Shown in pieces: positions 1 through 9,052 of a stretch of DNA of 64,000 bases; positions within the stretch are counted from its first letter, which is position 1, and each line of letters opens with the position of its first letter. Origin of the DNA: an uncultured Armatimonadia bacterium (GTDB lineage Bacteria; Armatimonadota; Zipacnadia; CAVVLO01); contig CAVVLO010000001.1 in assembly GCA_963749155.1 (NCBI GenBank), forward strand, positions 224,001 through 288,000. Reading direction: 5' to 3'. The notes under the pieces are model-generated. The model was not told where the DNA came from, did no database searches, and saw only the letters and a list, made by a program, of their open reading frames with translations. The position numbers were made by a program, and so were the translations under genes.

Positions 1-64
1 GGAGGACATCTGCCAGCTACTCGCTCAGTCAGGATGCGCAGCCAGAGAGGCGGAGAAAGCTTGA
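1..64 (+). CDS. 3' end of an upstream gene (partial); by position probably ribonuclease P protein
   Basis: Open frame from base 2 ([20 protein letters not shown]) ends at TGA 62-64, overlapping the TTG start of yidD. rnpA normally precedes yidD-yidC-jag, so the identity rests on synteny only. Confidence 0.4.
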   Translation, partial: EDICQLLAQSGCAAREAEKA

Positions 65-270
65 AGCAACTCGCAATAGCGGCAATCCGGTTTTACCAGG
101 TCTATTTGTCGCGTCTGAAGCCGCCAACATGCAGGTTCCGGCCAACTTGTTCTCATTATGCTATCGAGGCTTTGCAGCGCTACGGTTTTGTGCGTGGGCT
201 GTATCTTGCACTCAAGCGGATCGCGCGCTGCAATCCTTTTACGCCTGGCGGCTATGACCCACTGCCCTAA
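61..270 (+). CDS. yidD: Membrane protein insertion efficiency factor YidD
   Basis: [24 protein letters not shown]...G...G..L...RI.RCNPF..GGYDP signature. TTG start at 61 follows GGAG; directly upstream of yidC. Confidence 0.95.
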   Translation: MKQLAIAAIRFYQVYLSRLKPPTCRFRPTCSHYAIEALQRYGFVRGLYLALKRIARCNPFTPGGYDPLP

Positions 271-295
271 GCGCGGACATCAGGAGCTATTTTTT

Positions 296-1600
296 GTGAG
301 ATTAAGTGATAACAAGAGAGCCAGACTCGCTCTGCTACTGCTTTTACTGCTAGCCCTTCCTTTGGTGCTCGCATCTTGTGCGGGAGGCGCCAAGCCGAAG
401 TCCGATGCTGAATATCAGCAGATAGGCCAGAAGCTAGTCGATGAAATAAAAGCCGCCCAGGCAGAGCCTCAGGCGACCGAACAGATAGAAAAACTGAAGA
501 AGCAACTCGTACCCGCCGACGGTGTAGTGGATCCCAAGGCAAAACTCACGGAAGAGCAGATCAAGTCACTCTTTAGTGTGGCGCTGCTCTATGATTTTGG
601 CAGCACGGGCAATGAGACCGAAGCCATCGAATACTACCAGCGTTTCGTTGCAGCTGCCCGGATGAACGAGTCTGCTCCTTATGCAATGGCGCGCTCGGCT
701 TATCTGCTAGAGCAGAAAGGCGATCTGAAGCAGGCCGAAGCCCTCTACAGCAATGTGCTTATGACATCAGCCAAGGCCGTTATACCCTGGGGGCCAGACC
801 TGCAGCTCATTCGCATAGAGCTAGGCCCGGGCGAACGTTACGACACACTGGTCAAGAATCAGGGTTTGTACCGACTTGTAGACTTCTTCGTCTCACTCAC
901 CGGACGCAACCAGAGTTTCAGCTACGGTTTGGCCGTCATCCTGCTCGCCCTGCTATTCCGCTTGCTGCTCTTCCCCTTCACGAAGAAGCAGGTCAAGGCG
1001 ATGGCAGATATGCAGCGGGTAAAGCCTCTTGTAGACGAGGCTAACCGCAAATTTAAGGGCGACAAGGAACGGCTCAACAAAGAGGTAATGGCGATCTACC
1101 AGCGCGAGGGTGTAAATCCCCTCGCCGGGTGCCTGCCTTTGCTTGTACAACTGCCGGTCATCTTCATCCTGTACAAGGCCATCAGGCTTTACAACTTCCA
1201 GTTTACTCACGCTAGCTTCCTTTGGGTCAAGAAGCTCTCCGAGCCGGATATGCCGCTGCTGATCATCTATGTCATCAGTATGGCTATCACGCAGTTCTAC
1301 ACGAGCTTCTCGACTGATTCCGAGCAAAGGAAGCAGAACATGATGATGGCCATCATGATGCCGGCAATGCTGGCTTACTTCTTCTACTGGTTCCCAGCGG
1401 CGTTTATCCTGTTCTGGATAGCGCTCAACCTGGCGATGAGCTACCAACAGATAATGGTAGCCCGCAAGAATAAACTTGCCACAGCTAAGGGAACACCCGA
1501 TGTCGGGCTGGCCGAGAGGCCCAGGAAAGTCGACATGAGCGAGGAATCCTCGCCCGCCAGCGCACGCCGCAAGCGTAGAGAGCGGCGCAAGCAAAGCTGA
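296..1600 (+). CDS. yidC: Membrane protein insertase YidC with N-terminal lipoprotein signal and TPR-like extracytoplasmic domain
   Basis: YidC core motifs (YGLAVILL..LFRLLLFP, NPLAGCLPLLVQLPV, FLW...LS.PD, FPAA..LFW...N). GTG start at 296 after AGGAG; lipobox LASC. Confidence 0.93.
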   Translation: MRLSDNKRARLALLLLLLLALPLVLASCAGGAKPKSDAEYQQIGQKLVDEIKAAQAEPQATEQIEKLKKQLVPADGVVDPKAKLTEEQIKSLFSVALLYDFGSTGNETEAIEYYQRFVAAARMNESAPYAMARSAYLLEQKGDLKQAEALYSNVLMTSAKAVIPWGPDLQLIRIELGPGERYDTLVKNQGLYRLVDFFVSLTGRNQSFSYGLAVILLALLFRLLLFPFTKKQVKAMADMQRVKPLVDEANRKFKGDKERLNKEVMAIYQREGVNPLAGCLPLLVQLPVIFILYKAIRLYNFQFTHASFLWVKKLSEPDMPLLIIYVISMAITQFYTSFSTDSEQRKQNMMMAIMMPAMLAYFFYWFPAAFILFWIALNLAMSYQQIMVARKNKLATAKGTPDVGLAERPRKVDMSEESSPASARRKRRERRKQS

Positions 1601-1640
1601 CCCCCCAGATCGTCGCACACTGATGCAGCAGGGGGATTGA

Positions 1641-2489
1641 ATGGAAGCTCAGATTATCGAAGTCTCGGGCAAGAGCCGTGAAGAGGCGCTTGCCGAGGCA
1701 CTCAGACTACTGGATGCAACAGAAGACCAGGTCAAGGTGGAGTCGGTCGATGAGACCGAGTCCAAGGGTTTTCTCGGTTTTGGCACCCAGACAGTTATCA
1801 ACCTCAGAGTACGCAAGCTCCCCGCCTCACTCGATTTGGCCCGAGAGTGTCTCCGTATGGCTTTGGCCAGTATGGATATCGAGGCCGAAGTCATCCTGCG
1901 CGAGCAGGACGCCGACTACCTGTATCTCGATCTCGAAGGCGAGGACCTGGGGCGCGTCATTGGGCGGCATGGCCAGACCCTCGAAGCTTTGCAGCTTGTT
2001 GCCGGCCTGATAACCACCAAAACCAGTTTCGACCGCAAGCGGGTCGTGCTGGATGCCGCTGGTTATCGCGAGCGCCGTCACGAGAAACTGGTTGATGAAG
2101 CCAAACATATCGCCGACAGAGCTTTACGTTCGGGTCAGCAGCAAGTCCTCAGGCCTATGAACAGCGCCGAGCGGCGTGTCATCCACATGGCGATTAGTCA
2201 GATTGAAGGGGTTTCCACCCATAGTGAGGGCGAGGGTGAGGGACGGCACATTCTCCTTGTCCCCGACAAGAAGCAGGGGGGCACTCGTCAGCGTCGTGGT
2301 CGCAAGCCAGCAAGCCCTGCTGCAGCCTCATCAGACAGCTCTGCCGAGGCCAAATCCGCCCGGCCCGCCCGGCCGGCCAGACAGCCAAAAAGCAAGCCCG
2401 CCGCGCCGGATAGCAAGCCTGGCAAGAATGAGCCGTCCGGGCCTGGCCGGATAACTTCCTTCGGTGATGATGACATCGAGTGGGGTTAG
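1641..2489 (+). CDS. jag: RNA-binding protein Jag/EloR (KhpB): Jag_N, KH and R3H domains
   Basis: KGFLGFG (Jag_N), VIGRHGQTLEALQ (KH), PMNSAERRVIH (R3H); follows yidC. Confidence 0.93.
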   Translation: MEAQIIEVSGKSREEALAEALRLLDATEDQVKVESVDETESKGFLGFGTQTVINLRVRKLPASLDLARECLRMALASMDIEAEVILREQDADYLYLDLEGEDLGRVIGRHGQTLEALQLVAGLITTKTSFDRKRVVLDAAGYRERRHEKLVDEAKHIADRALRSGQQQVLRPMNSAERRVIHMAISQIEGVSTHSEGEGEGRHILLVPDKKQGGTRQRRGRKPASPAAASSDSSAEAKSARPARPARQPKSKPAAPDSKPGKNEPSGPGRITSFGDDDIEWG

Positions 2490-2510
2490 GCCTTAAGACC
2501 TTATGACAGC

Positions 2511-2547
2511 AAAACCCCGTCCGGTTATCCGGGCGGGGTTTATTTTT
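2511..2547. terminator. Intrinsic terminator, probably bidirectional
   Basis: AAAACCCCGTCCGG-TTAT-CCGGGCGGGGTTTATTTTT between convergent jag and the GHMP kinase gene. Confidence 0.85.
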
Positions 2548-2561
2548 ACCCAGCTGATTGG

Positions 2562-3605
2562 CTAATCTTCCGTGGAAACCTGTTCCACCCCGTCCACCCA
2601 GAGCTGCGTACCTTTGCGCGCTATCTTGTACGGCAGCACCTCTGCTCCCGCCTCAGTGAGCGCGGTCTTCACGGCTTCGGCAGAGCCCGGCTTCACGAAA
2701 CTTATCATACAGCCCCCTCCCCCAGCGCCGCAGATCTTGCTTGCGAGGGCTCCTGCGTCTTTGGCAGCGGCCATAATGCGCTCGATCCGCTCATTGCTTA
2801 CTCCCTTGGCAAGGGTACGGCGGTTGTCCCATTCTATGGAAAGCTGCTCTGCAAACTTGTCGAAATCCGCCTCCAGCAGCGCCTCGCGCATTCCAAAGGC
2901 CGTGCCCTTTATGCGTCGAAGGGCCTGGACGGTATCTCCAGTGTTCTCGATGTAATACTTGAGCATATTCCAGTTGCTTGTGCCTGAGAAATGAGATATT
3001 CCCGTGAAGGAGAGGATCAGACGACTCTCCAGTTCGGCAATCGAGGCCTCACTGGGCAGCAGAGGCTCCAGCATATTGTGGTCGACATTGAACCAGATAG
3101 CGTTCACCGAGCCATAACAGGCCGCATAATAGTCCTGTTTGCCGGTAGGCACCCGGATAAGCTGGGCTTCCAGATTGGCTGCGACATCAATCGCTCGTTG
3201 TTTGCTAAGGTTGGTCTTGTTAAGACTGGTGAGCGCGGCGGTCAGCGATATGACAAGTGAGGAAGAAGCGCCCAGTCCGCTGCCTTTGGGCGGGTCGTTT
3301 TTGGTCCACAGGTTGATGCCGCAGTGGGGCTTGTAATGGCGGACCAGCCTGCCAAGCAGGGCCAGGTCACCTTCCAGAGGCACCTCCTCGAGGCTCTTGA
3401 AGGTCTCGGAGGCGCCGATATCTTCGGCTTCGAGGTGGATAGCCGTATCGCTGCGCGTCTCGAGGCGCACATGACTGTAGAGGTCTATCCCGACGTTGAC
3501 GGTAAGGCCGCCCTCCTCAAAAAGATAGAGTGGATAGAGGTCGAGAGTGCCTCCCGCCAGGTCAATGCGCGAAGGAGAACGCGCTTCAATTACCATCAGG
3601 TTCAC
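2562..3605 (-). CDS. GHMP-family sugar kinase (HddA/LmbP-like)
   Basis: RIDLAGGTLD, PKGSGLGASSS, TGKQDYYAA and KICGAGGGG motifs. Confidence 0.85.
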   Translation of the reverse strand: MNLMVIEARSPSRIDLAGGTLDLYPLYLFEEGGLTVNVGIDLYSHVRLETRSDTAIHLEAEDIGASETFKSLEEVPLEGDLALLGRLVRHYKPHCGINLWTKNDPPKGSGLGASSSLVISLTAALTSLNKTNLSKQRAIDVAANLEAQLIRVPTGKQDYYAACYGSVNAIWFNVDHNMLEPLLPSEASIAELESRLILSFTGISHFSGTSNWNMLKYYIENTGDTVQALRRIKGTAFGMREALLEADFDKFAEQLSIEWDNRRTLAKGVSNERIERIMAAAKDAGALASKICGAGGGGCMISFVKPGSAEAVKTALTEAGAEVLPYKIARKGTQLWVDGVEQVSTED

Positions 3606-3662
3606 CTGCCTGCTTAATAGGTCTGCTCAGATTAGACTAGCGCGCCCATCGCTGCAACCGCC

Positions 3663-4745
3663 TTACTCCAGCGGCCTGCCGTTGTAGGTGCCGTATTTCT
3701 CGGCCATCTCGAGCGCGAACTTGTAGTTCTCAAAGGACACCGTCTGAGGCACCGAGTGGTCGGAATGGAAGATGTAGCGCCCGTTTTTGCCCGCGATGCG
3801 TATCTTGCTGCTGATCTCTTCCTCGATGGCGGCTTTGTCGTCCAGGCTGAGGATGCGGACGTCAATATTGCCGAAGAAGGTAATGACATCGCCGTATTCT
3901 TTGCGCAGCTCGCGGATGTCCTGGCCAACCTTGGCCTCCAGCGGTTGCAGCGCGGCCCAGCCTTCTTCAATGATGTCGGGGATTATTTCAAGCACCTTGC
4001 CGCAACTGTGCAAGACGCAGGGTATATCCTTCTGTTTGAAATGGTCTACGATACGACAGTGGGCAGGCTTCAGCAGGTCGCGATAAAGGGCTGGCGAGAA
4101 GAGCAGGCTGTTGCGATAGCCCACATCGCCCCAAAACCAGGCCCCGTCGCAGTAGCCGCCCTGCTCCAGATACAGGTCGAAGGTGCTGATCATCAGGTCA
4201 GCGTAAGTCTCGAAGATGTCACGGACAACTTCGGGATACTCCATCATCCAGGTGAAGATGCCCACCTGCCCCAGGACTGGCCAACACGACTCGTAGGGTT
4301 CGACGCCCGAGAAGCACACGAACTTGTCGCTTGCCTTGACTGCGGCGGAAAGCTCCGGCAGGTTGGCGGGCAGTCTTTCCACGCAGGGCACGAGGCGCTC
4401 CTTGTACTCGAACCAGTCGGCCGGTTCCTTGATGGTGTGCTCCAGCCAGTGAGGGGTGTAACCACACTTGCCCTTGAAGTCTTTGCGCTTGACCCCGTTG
4501 GCGTCCCAGTGGATGATGTACTCGTCGGTCTCCTCGACGATCTTGCCTGGCAAGCGCAGCGAAGTATCAATGCCGATATTGTTGAACTCGTTGTCGAAGT
4601 ACTGCTCGGCGCCCATATCAGCGGGCAGGCCTTCCTGGTGCCAGCGCTCGACAGCCTCGGGCCAGAAATGCTCATGGTGAGGCACGCGGTCAGGCAGGCC
4701 GCCAGCCAGCACGCAGGCGACGCGTTCGCGAGAGGTCATCTCCAT
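3663..4745 (-). CDS. Uroporphyrinogen decarboxylase / MtaA-CmuA methyltransferase family protein
   Basis: MTSRERV...PDRVP start; GDVG....L.FSP..Y; HSCG; FFGNID; YIFHSDHSVP. Confidence 0.85.
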   Translation of the reverse strand: MEMTSRERVACVLAGGLPDRVPHHEHFWPEAVERWHQEGLPADMGAEQYFDNEFNNIGIDTSLRLPGKIVEETDEYIIHWDANGVKRKDFKGKCGYTPHWLEHTIKEPADWFEYKERLVPCVERLPANLPELSAAVKASDKFVCFSGVEPYESCWPVLGQVGIFTWMMEYPEVVRDIFETYADLMISTFDLYLEQGGYCDGAWFWGDVGYRNSLLFSPALYRDLLKPAHCRIVDHFKQKDIPCVLHSCGKVLEIIPDIIEEGWAALQPLEAKVGQDIRELRKEYGDVITFFGNIDVRILSLDDKAAIEEEISSKIRIAGKNGRYIFHSDHSVPQTVSFENYKFALEMAEKYGTYNGRPLE

Positions 4746-5909
4746 CTAGTCCGTTTCCCCTTGGTCGTAGCGCCCATACTTGAGCGCCGCGTTATACATA
4801 ACCTCATAGTGTTCAACGGGCGTACCGGGGGCGACATTACTACCCTCGCAGCAGATCCACCTGCCGCCTTCCATCACACCGGAGGCGCAGATACGCTTAA
4901 TCTCGGCTTCAATAGCGGCTTTGGGGCCGTTCTGAAGCAGGCCAGGATGCAGATTGCCATTGAGGTAAACGTCCGGTCCCAGCGTCTTGCGGATGCGTCC
5001 GAGGTCCACTGGGAAGCCCAGGTCGAAATGGCCAACCCCCAGGTCGTTGTGCAGCACGGGCAAGAGCCGCTCTACGTTGCCGCAGAGGTGGATGAAGACA
5101 GGATTGATGCCAGCAGTCAGTTCGTCCACCAACCGGCGATGATAAGGGTAGACGTTTTCCATATAGTCTTTCACCGAGAGCAGCTCGATGCTGTCGTCGG
5201 AGAAGCCCCAGACCTCAACAGGTTGTTTCCAGCCTGCGTAAGTCCACATTGCTTTCAGGCGCGCGATGGTTGCCGTGGTGATGAAGTCCATCAGCTCGTG
5301 GTAATACTCCGGGTCGGTATACATATCCAGGCAGACTTCAGTCGCTCCGCGCAGATTGCAGGCATTGGTGAAGGGGCCATCGGTGCCCAGCGAATAGCAC
5401 GACGCATCGCCGACCGGCCGGCCTTCGAACTCCATACCTCTGGCTTTCTCGCGCAGTGTCTCCGTCCACTCGACTACCTCGGGCATCAGAGGGGGAGGCA
5501 GCTCCATATGGGCCAGTTGATGTGGGTCGTCCTGCAGGAAGGAGATGAACCGTGGCACATCCCAGTCGAAGTATTCGATTGGGCACCCGAACCAGGCGGC
5601 CTCGTAGAAGTTCTGCTGATCAAAATAAGGCCCCGCCCATTGGGCGGGAAAGCCCATCTCCCGGTCCTGGAGCACGTTCAGGCGCATCCACCGCTGGTAG
5701 CGAAGCTGGACGTCCAGCATCACATCGGGATTAAGCGAATACTCGGCATAGGTGGGGTGGGGCCAATCGGGATCGGCTTTGGGATCCAGCACATAATGTT
5801 TCGTGTTGGTCAGGAAGGTAACGGGTACTCGATAAGGCTTGCCCGCCCAGAAGGCTTCCCAGACGCGGACAACCTCGGCATTGTGGGCTTCGAAATCAAC
5901 TTTTTGCAT
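4746..5909 (-). CDS. Uroporphyrinogen decarboxylase / MtaA-CmuA methyltransferase family protein
   Basis: GPFT.A..LRG; SDD.....S...Y...V.PY; HLCG; LNGN..P; NVAPGTP.E. Confidence 0.8.
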   Translation of the reverse strand: MQKVDFEAHNAEVVRVWEAFWAGKPYRVPVTFLTNTKHYVLDPKADPDWPHPTYAEYSLNPDVMLDVQLRYQRWMRLNVLQDREMGFPAQWAGPYFDQQNFYEAAWFGCPIEYFDWDVPRFISFLQDDPHQLAHMELPPPLMPEVVEWTETLREKARGMEFEGRPVGDASCYSLGTDGPFTNACNLRGATEVCLDMYTDPEYYHELMDFITTATIARLKAMWTYAGWKQPVEVWGFSDDSIELLSVKDYMENVYPYHRRLVDELTAGINPVFIHLCGNVERLLPVLHNDLGVGHFDLGFPVDLGRIRKTLGPDVYLNGNLHPGLLQNGPKAAIEAEIKRICASGVMEGGRWICCEGSNVAPGTPVEHYEVMYNAALKYGRYDQGETD

Positions 5910-7740
5910 TGTCGGCGGCTTTCTCCAGTCGTTTCAGAGTGCGAGACCTATAGCTGGCGAGTAGTTCGCGCCACTGTTTCACGTTGAAACCGGCGATCTT
6001 GGTGAGATGGTCTGAGCTACCGTCCAGCTCCGGCCAGCGAGCGATGGGCAGCTGCAACACGCCGCGCCTGAGGTTGGTCAGCGCGGCATCGAGCTGGCTC
6101 GCGATGCGCTCCTTTCCATCCACGAAGTTCGCCAAACGAGATTCCACATCGCCCAGCCCATACCTGCCAGCCTCATGCGCTGCCGACTCCAGCGCGCGCG
6201 CGTTACGTTCCATCTCGTTGATGCCGCCAAACTGACCGTATAGAGCAAGCAACTCGCCCGACTGCCTCAGCAGCGCCGTGCGCCAGTTGCCCTGGGCGCG
6301 CAGGCCTTTGGTCAGCTCGCGCGCAGCCCGACCGGCCTCCCGGGTAACTCGCAGTCGCTGAGAATACCACGCCTCGCTCGGATTTACCCAGCTTGCCTCG
6401 AATTGGCTTGCATACGCCAGCAGTTGTTCGCCTGAAAGGGGCACCTGATGCCAGCCCGCCCACTCTCCAAGTGCAGCAGCCAGGTCGTCGCGCCCCCAGG
6501 CCAGCGCCAACGCCAGCACGTGGTTGAGTTCGTCATACAGGCCTTCGGTGTAGAGCACCAGCCCACCGCTGCCGCCAGCGCGCGCGCCTTCGACATGATG
6601 GGCCATCGCGCCTGGCATGGGATTTGCGCCCAGAAGGCCCCAGCCGCCGGTCATCGTGGTGTCGAGGAAACTCACTCTCGGCAGCCCTGCAGGATAACCA
6701 ACCTCTGCCCAGACGGAGGTCTGCTCTGCCCGGGCGGTCGCCGCCAGGCCTGAGAGCCAGTCCAGTTTGCCTGCGACTTGGGCGAAGTGGTGTATCTCCT
6801 CGGGCGTAAAATGCCAGTCGGTGATTAGGACTTCAAGCTCCGGCCGCACTTCACGGCAGGCGGCGGCGATCTCCTCGGCCAGTTTGAGGCCAGTCTCCAC
6901 CCAGGGAGCGCATTTCTCGCAGCCACAGCCGCCCCAGTCGTAAAAGAAGAGGCACAGTGTGTCCAACTCGCCTGCTTCTTCTACCAGTTGGCGATGGTTG
7001 GCGATGAGCTGCGCGCGCGCCTCGGGATTGGAGGGACACACGGTCTGCAGCGTCCAGCCAGACTGGGGGTGGACCCCGGCGCGCCACTCGGGATGGGCCC
7101 TGGCCTGGTCGGTGTAGACCAGGTTGAGCGTCGAGACGAGGCCTGTCTTCAGGCCCAGGGCTTTGGCTCGGGAATGCAGCGCCTTGAGCTTGGTCCACTG
7201 TTCCAGCGAGTAGCTCTCCGGGTGCTCGTCAAAGGGGCACTCATACTGGTTCTGGCTGAAGTAAAGCCAGAGTTCCGTTGTCCCGAGCAAGGCGCGATAA
7301 TCCAGCAGGTCGAGGAGAAACTCCGTTGGACGCTTCTCATAGCAATTTTTGAAATGCAGTGGCCAGTACTGGATCAGGCGGCTGAACTGGGTCTGACGGC
7401 GTTGTTCCGAAGCCGCCAGGTTCACTTCGCCAGGGGCATAGGTGGTTTTGCCCAGCACTTCTCCAATTGCCCGGCCAAGCGCGCCGTAGCCAGAGCCAGT
7501 CAGGTTGAGTCGAGTAGCGTCTCGTCCAGTTTTTATAGCGTAAGATTGCCCTGGAGATTTGCCCTGGGAGAGAGCCAGATGGACCTCAACGCGCGACTCG
7601 GAGTGGCCGGGGAAGTCTAGCTGGGCACGAGAGCGCAAGGCGCTTTCCAGCAGCACCCCCCACTGCCCAAGCAGCAGCGGCCTGCCTCGGCCAAGCAACA
7701 CGTCGAGGGATGTCGAAGGATCCAGTCTCACCGTCGTCAT
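5896..7740 (-). CDS. Hypothetical protein, possible glycoside-hydrolase-like TIM barrel
   Basis: Long ORF co-oriented within the operon. Motifs CPSNPEAR and YDWGGCGCEKC recall uncharacterised GH-like proteins. ATG at 7740 follows GAAGGGG. Confidence 0.55.
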   Translation of the reverse strand: MTTVRLDPSTSLDVLLGRGRPLLLGQWGVLLESALRSRAQLDFPGHSESRVEVHLALSQGKSPGQSYAIKTGRDATRLNLTGSGYGALGRAIGEVLGKTTYAPGEVNLAASEQRRQTQFSRLIQYWPLHFKNCYEKRPTEFLLDLLDYRALLGTTELWLYFSQNQYECPFDEHPESYSLEQWTKLKALHSRAKALGLKTGLVSTLNLVYTDQARAHPEWRAGVHPQSGWTLQTVCPSNPEARAQLIANHRQLVEEAGELDTLCLFFYDWGGCGCEKCAPWVETGLKLAEEIAAACREVRPELEVLITDWHFTPEEIHHFAQVAGKLDWLSGLAATARAEQTSVWAEVGYPAGLPRVSFLDTTMTGGWGLLGANPMPGAMAHHVEGARAGGSGGLVLYTEGLYDELNHVLALALAWGRDDLAAALGEWAGWHQVPLSGEQLLAYASQFEASWVNPSEAWYSQRLRVTREAGRAARELTKGLRAQGNWRTALLRQSGELLALYGQFGGINEMERNARALESAAHEAGRYGLGDVESRLANFVDGKERIASQLDAALTNLRRGVLQLPIARWPELDGSSDHLTKIAGFNVKQWRELLASYRSRTLKRLEKAADNAKS

Positions 7741-7789
7741 CCCCTTCGAGCAGGGGAGGGGCACGGCGCCCCTCCCTTGGCTCAATTGG

Positions 7790-8857
7790 TTAGATAGGCT
7801 TGATTACTACTTCCTTGCCTTTGGCGGCCGACTCGTAAATGGCATCGAGCATCTTCATAAGCCAGATGCCGTCTTCCTCGGTCGCGACTGGCGTCTTGCC
7901 CTCAAGCAGGCAATCTACGAAAGCGCGCACTTCGGCGGCGATCCAGGAGCCACTCGGCGGGATATGCGGAGTGACATCCTGCTGGACGCCATCTTTTTCG
8001 GTGAAGAGGCGGAAGGGATCGAGCGTGCAGCCGGCTTTCTCGCCGAACAGCTCGAAGACGCCCTGCTCGCGCTCGACGAAGCTGGCCCAGGTGGCCTCGA
8101 GCTGGATGGCCGCGCCATTCGCGAAGCGGATCATCCCGAAGGTGTTGTCATCCACATCGAAGGTGCCACCCGTGACGTGAGTGCCCCAGCCGCCAAGGCC
8201 TTTGCCCTGACCGCCAAATTTGTCGAAGGAGACGCCTACGGCGCTGACCGGGGTCGGCTTGCCCATAAGGTACCAGGTGAGGTCAAGTGCGTGCACGCCG
8301 ATGTCTATCAGCGCGCCGCCGCCTGCGAGGGCTTTGGTCGTGAACCAGCCGCCGTAGCCGGGGATGCCGGTGCGACGCAGCCAGCCGGTGCGGGCGAAGT
8401 AGATATCGCCAAATTCGCCGGAGTCTACCATCTGCTTCACATATTTGGCTTCGTTGCGGAAACGCTGGCACATCGCCATCACGAACAGGGGCGGCTTCTT
8501 CTGAGAGTCGCGCCAGGCCTTGATTTTCAGGGCCTCTTTGGCGGTGACGGACATCGGCTTCTCGCACAGCACGTTCAGACCTGCCTCGAGGCAGTCGAGG
8601 GCGATTGGCACGTGGAAGGCGTTAGGCGTGCCGATGCTTACGCAGTCCAGCTTGGACTTCTTCAGCATCTCTTTGTGATCAGTGTAGATTTCTGGAACGT
8701 TGAAGTCCTTGGCGAACTGCTCGGCCCTGGCCCCGTCCTTGTCGCAGATGGCGACGAGTTCGGCTCGCGGGTCGGCGACGTAGCCTTCGGCGTGCGCGCG
8801 GCCGATGCCGGCGCCGACTATGGCGGCCCTCACTTTGGTTTTCTTACTGGCGGGCAC
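7790..8857 (-). CDS. Gfo/Idh/MocA family oxidoreductase
   Basis: IVGAGIG, TPNAFH, VLCEKP and GGGALIDIGVHALD motifs. Confidence 0.92.
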   Translation of the reverse strand: MPASKKTKVRAAIVGAGIGRAHAEGYVADPRAELVAICDKDGARAEQFAKDFNVPEIYTDHKEMLKKSKLDCVSIGTPNAFHVPIALDCLEAGLNVLCEKPMSVTAKEALKIKAWRDSQKKPPLFVMAMCQRFRNEAKYVKQMVDSGEFGDIYFARTGWLRRTGIPGYGGWFTTKALAGGGALIDIGVHALDLTWYLMGKPTPVSAVGVSFDKFGGQGKGLGGWGTHVTGGTFDVDDNTFGMIRFANGAAIQLEATWASFVEREQGVFELFGEKAGCTLDPFRLFTEKDGVQQDVTPHIPPSGSWIAAEVRAFVDCLLEGKTPVATEEDGIWLMKMLDAIYESAAKGKEVVIKPI

Positions 8858-9052
8858 GATGACCCCTCCCTGTTTTTATTATGCCTCATATTGAGCTTTC
8901 TGGCTTCGGGCATTCTACACGACTTGCGCCCCTCCTTCACCCCCTTGCCAGTTTCGGCTTGCAGGGAACCAATTACAGTGCGAGAAGTTCTAGCTAATAA
9001 GCTTGCTTTATGTCCCAGATTACCCGCTAACACTAACAAGGGGTTAAGGACA

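Noticed and set aside
3756..5987. 743-aa plus-strand ORF
   Set aside because: Antisense shadow of the two URO-D-family genes, expected from strong codon bias; no recognisable motifs. The same applies to other long antisense ORFs (15920-17095, 25181-26425, 58395-59735).
7559..9052. Apparent 498-aa N-terminal extension of the first serpin-like gene
   Set aside because: It is antisense to the Gfo gene; a proper RBS, ATG and signal peptide occur at 9053.
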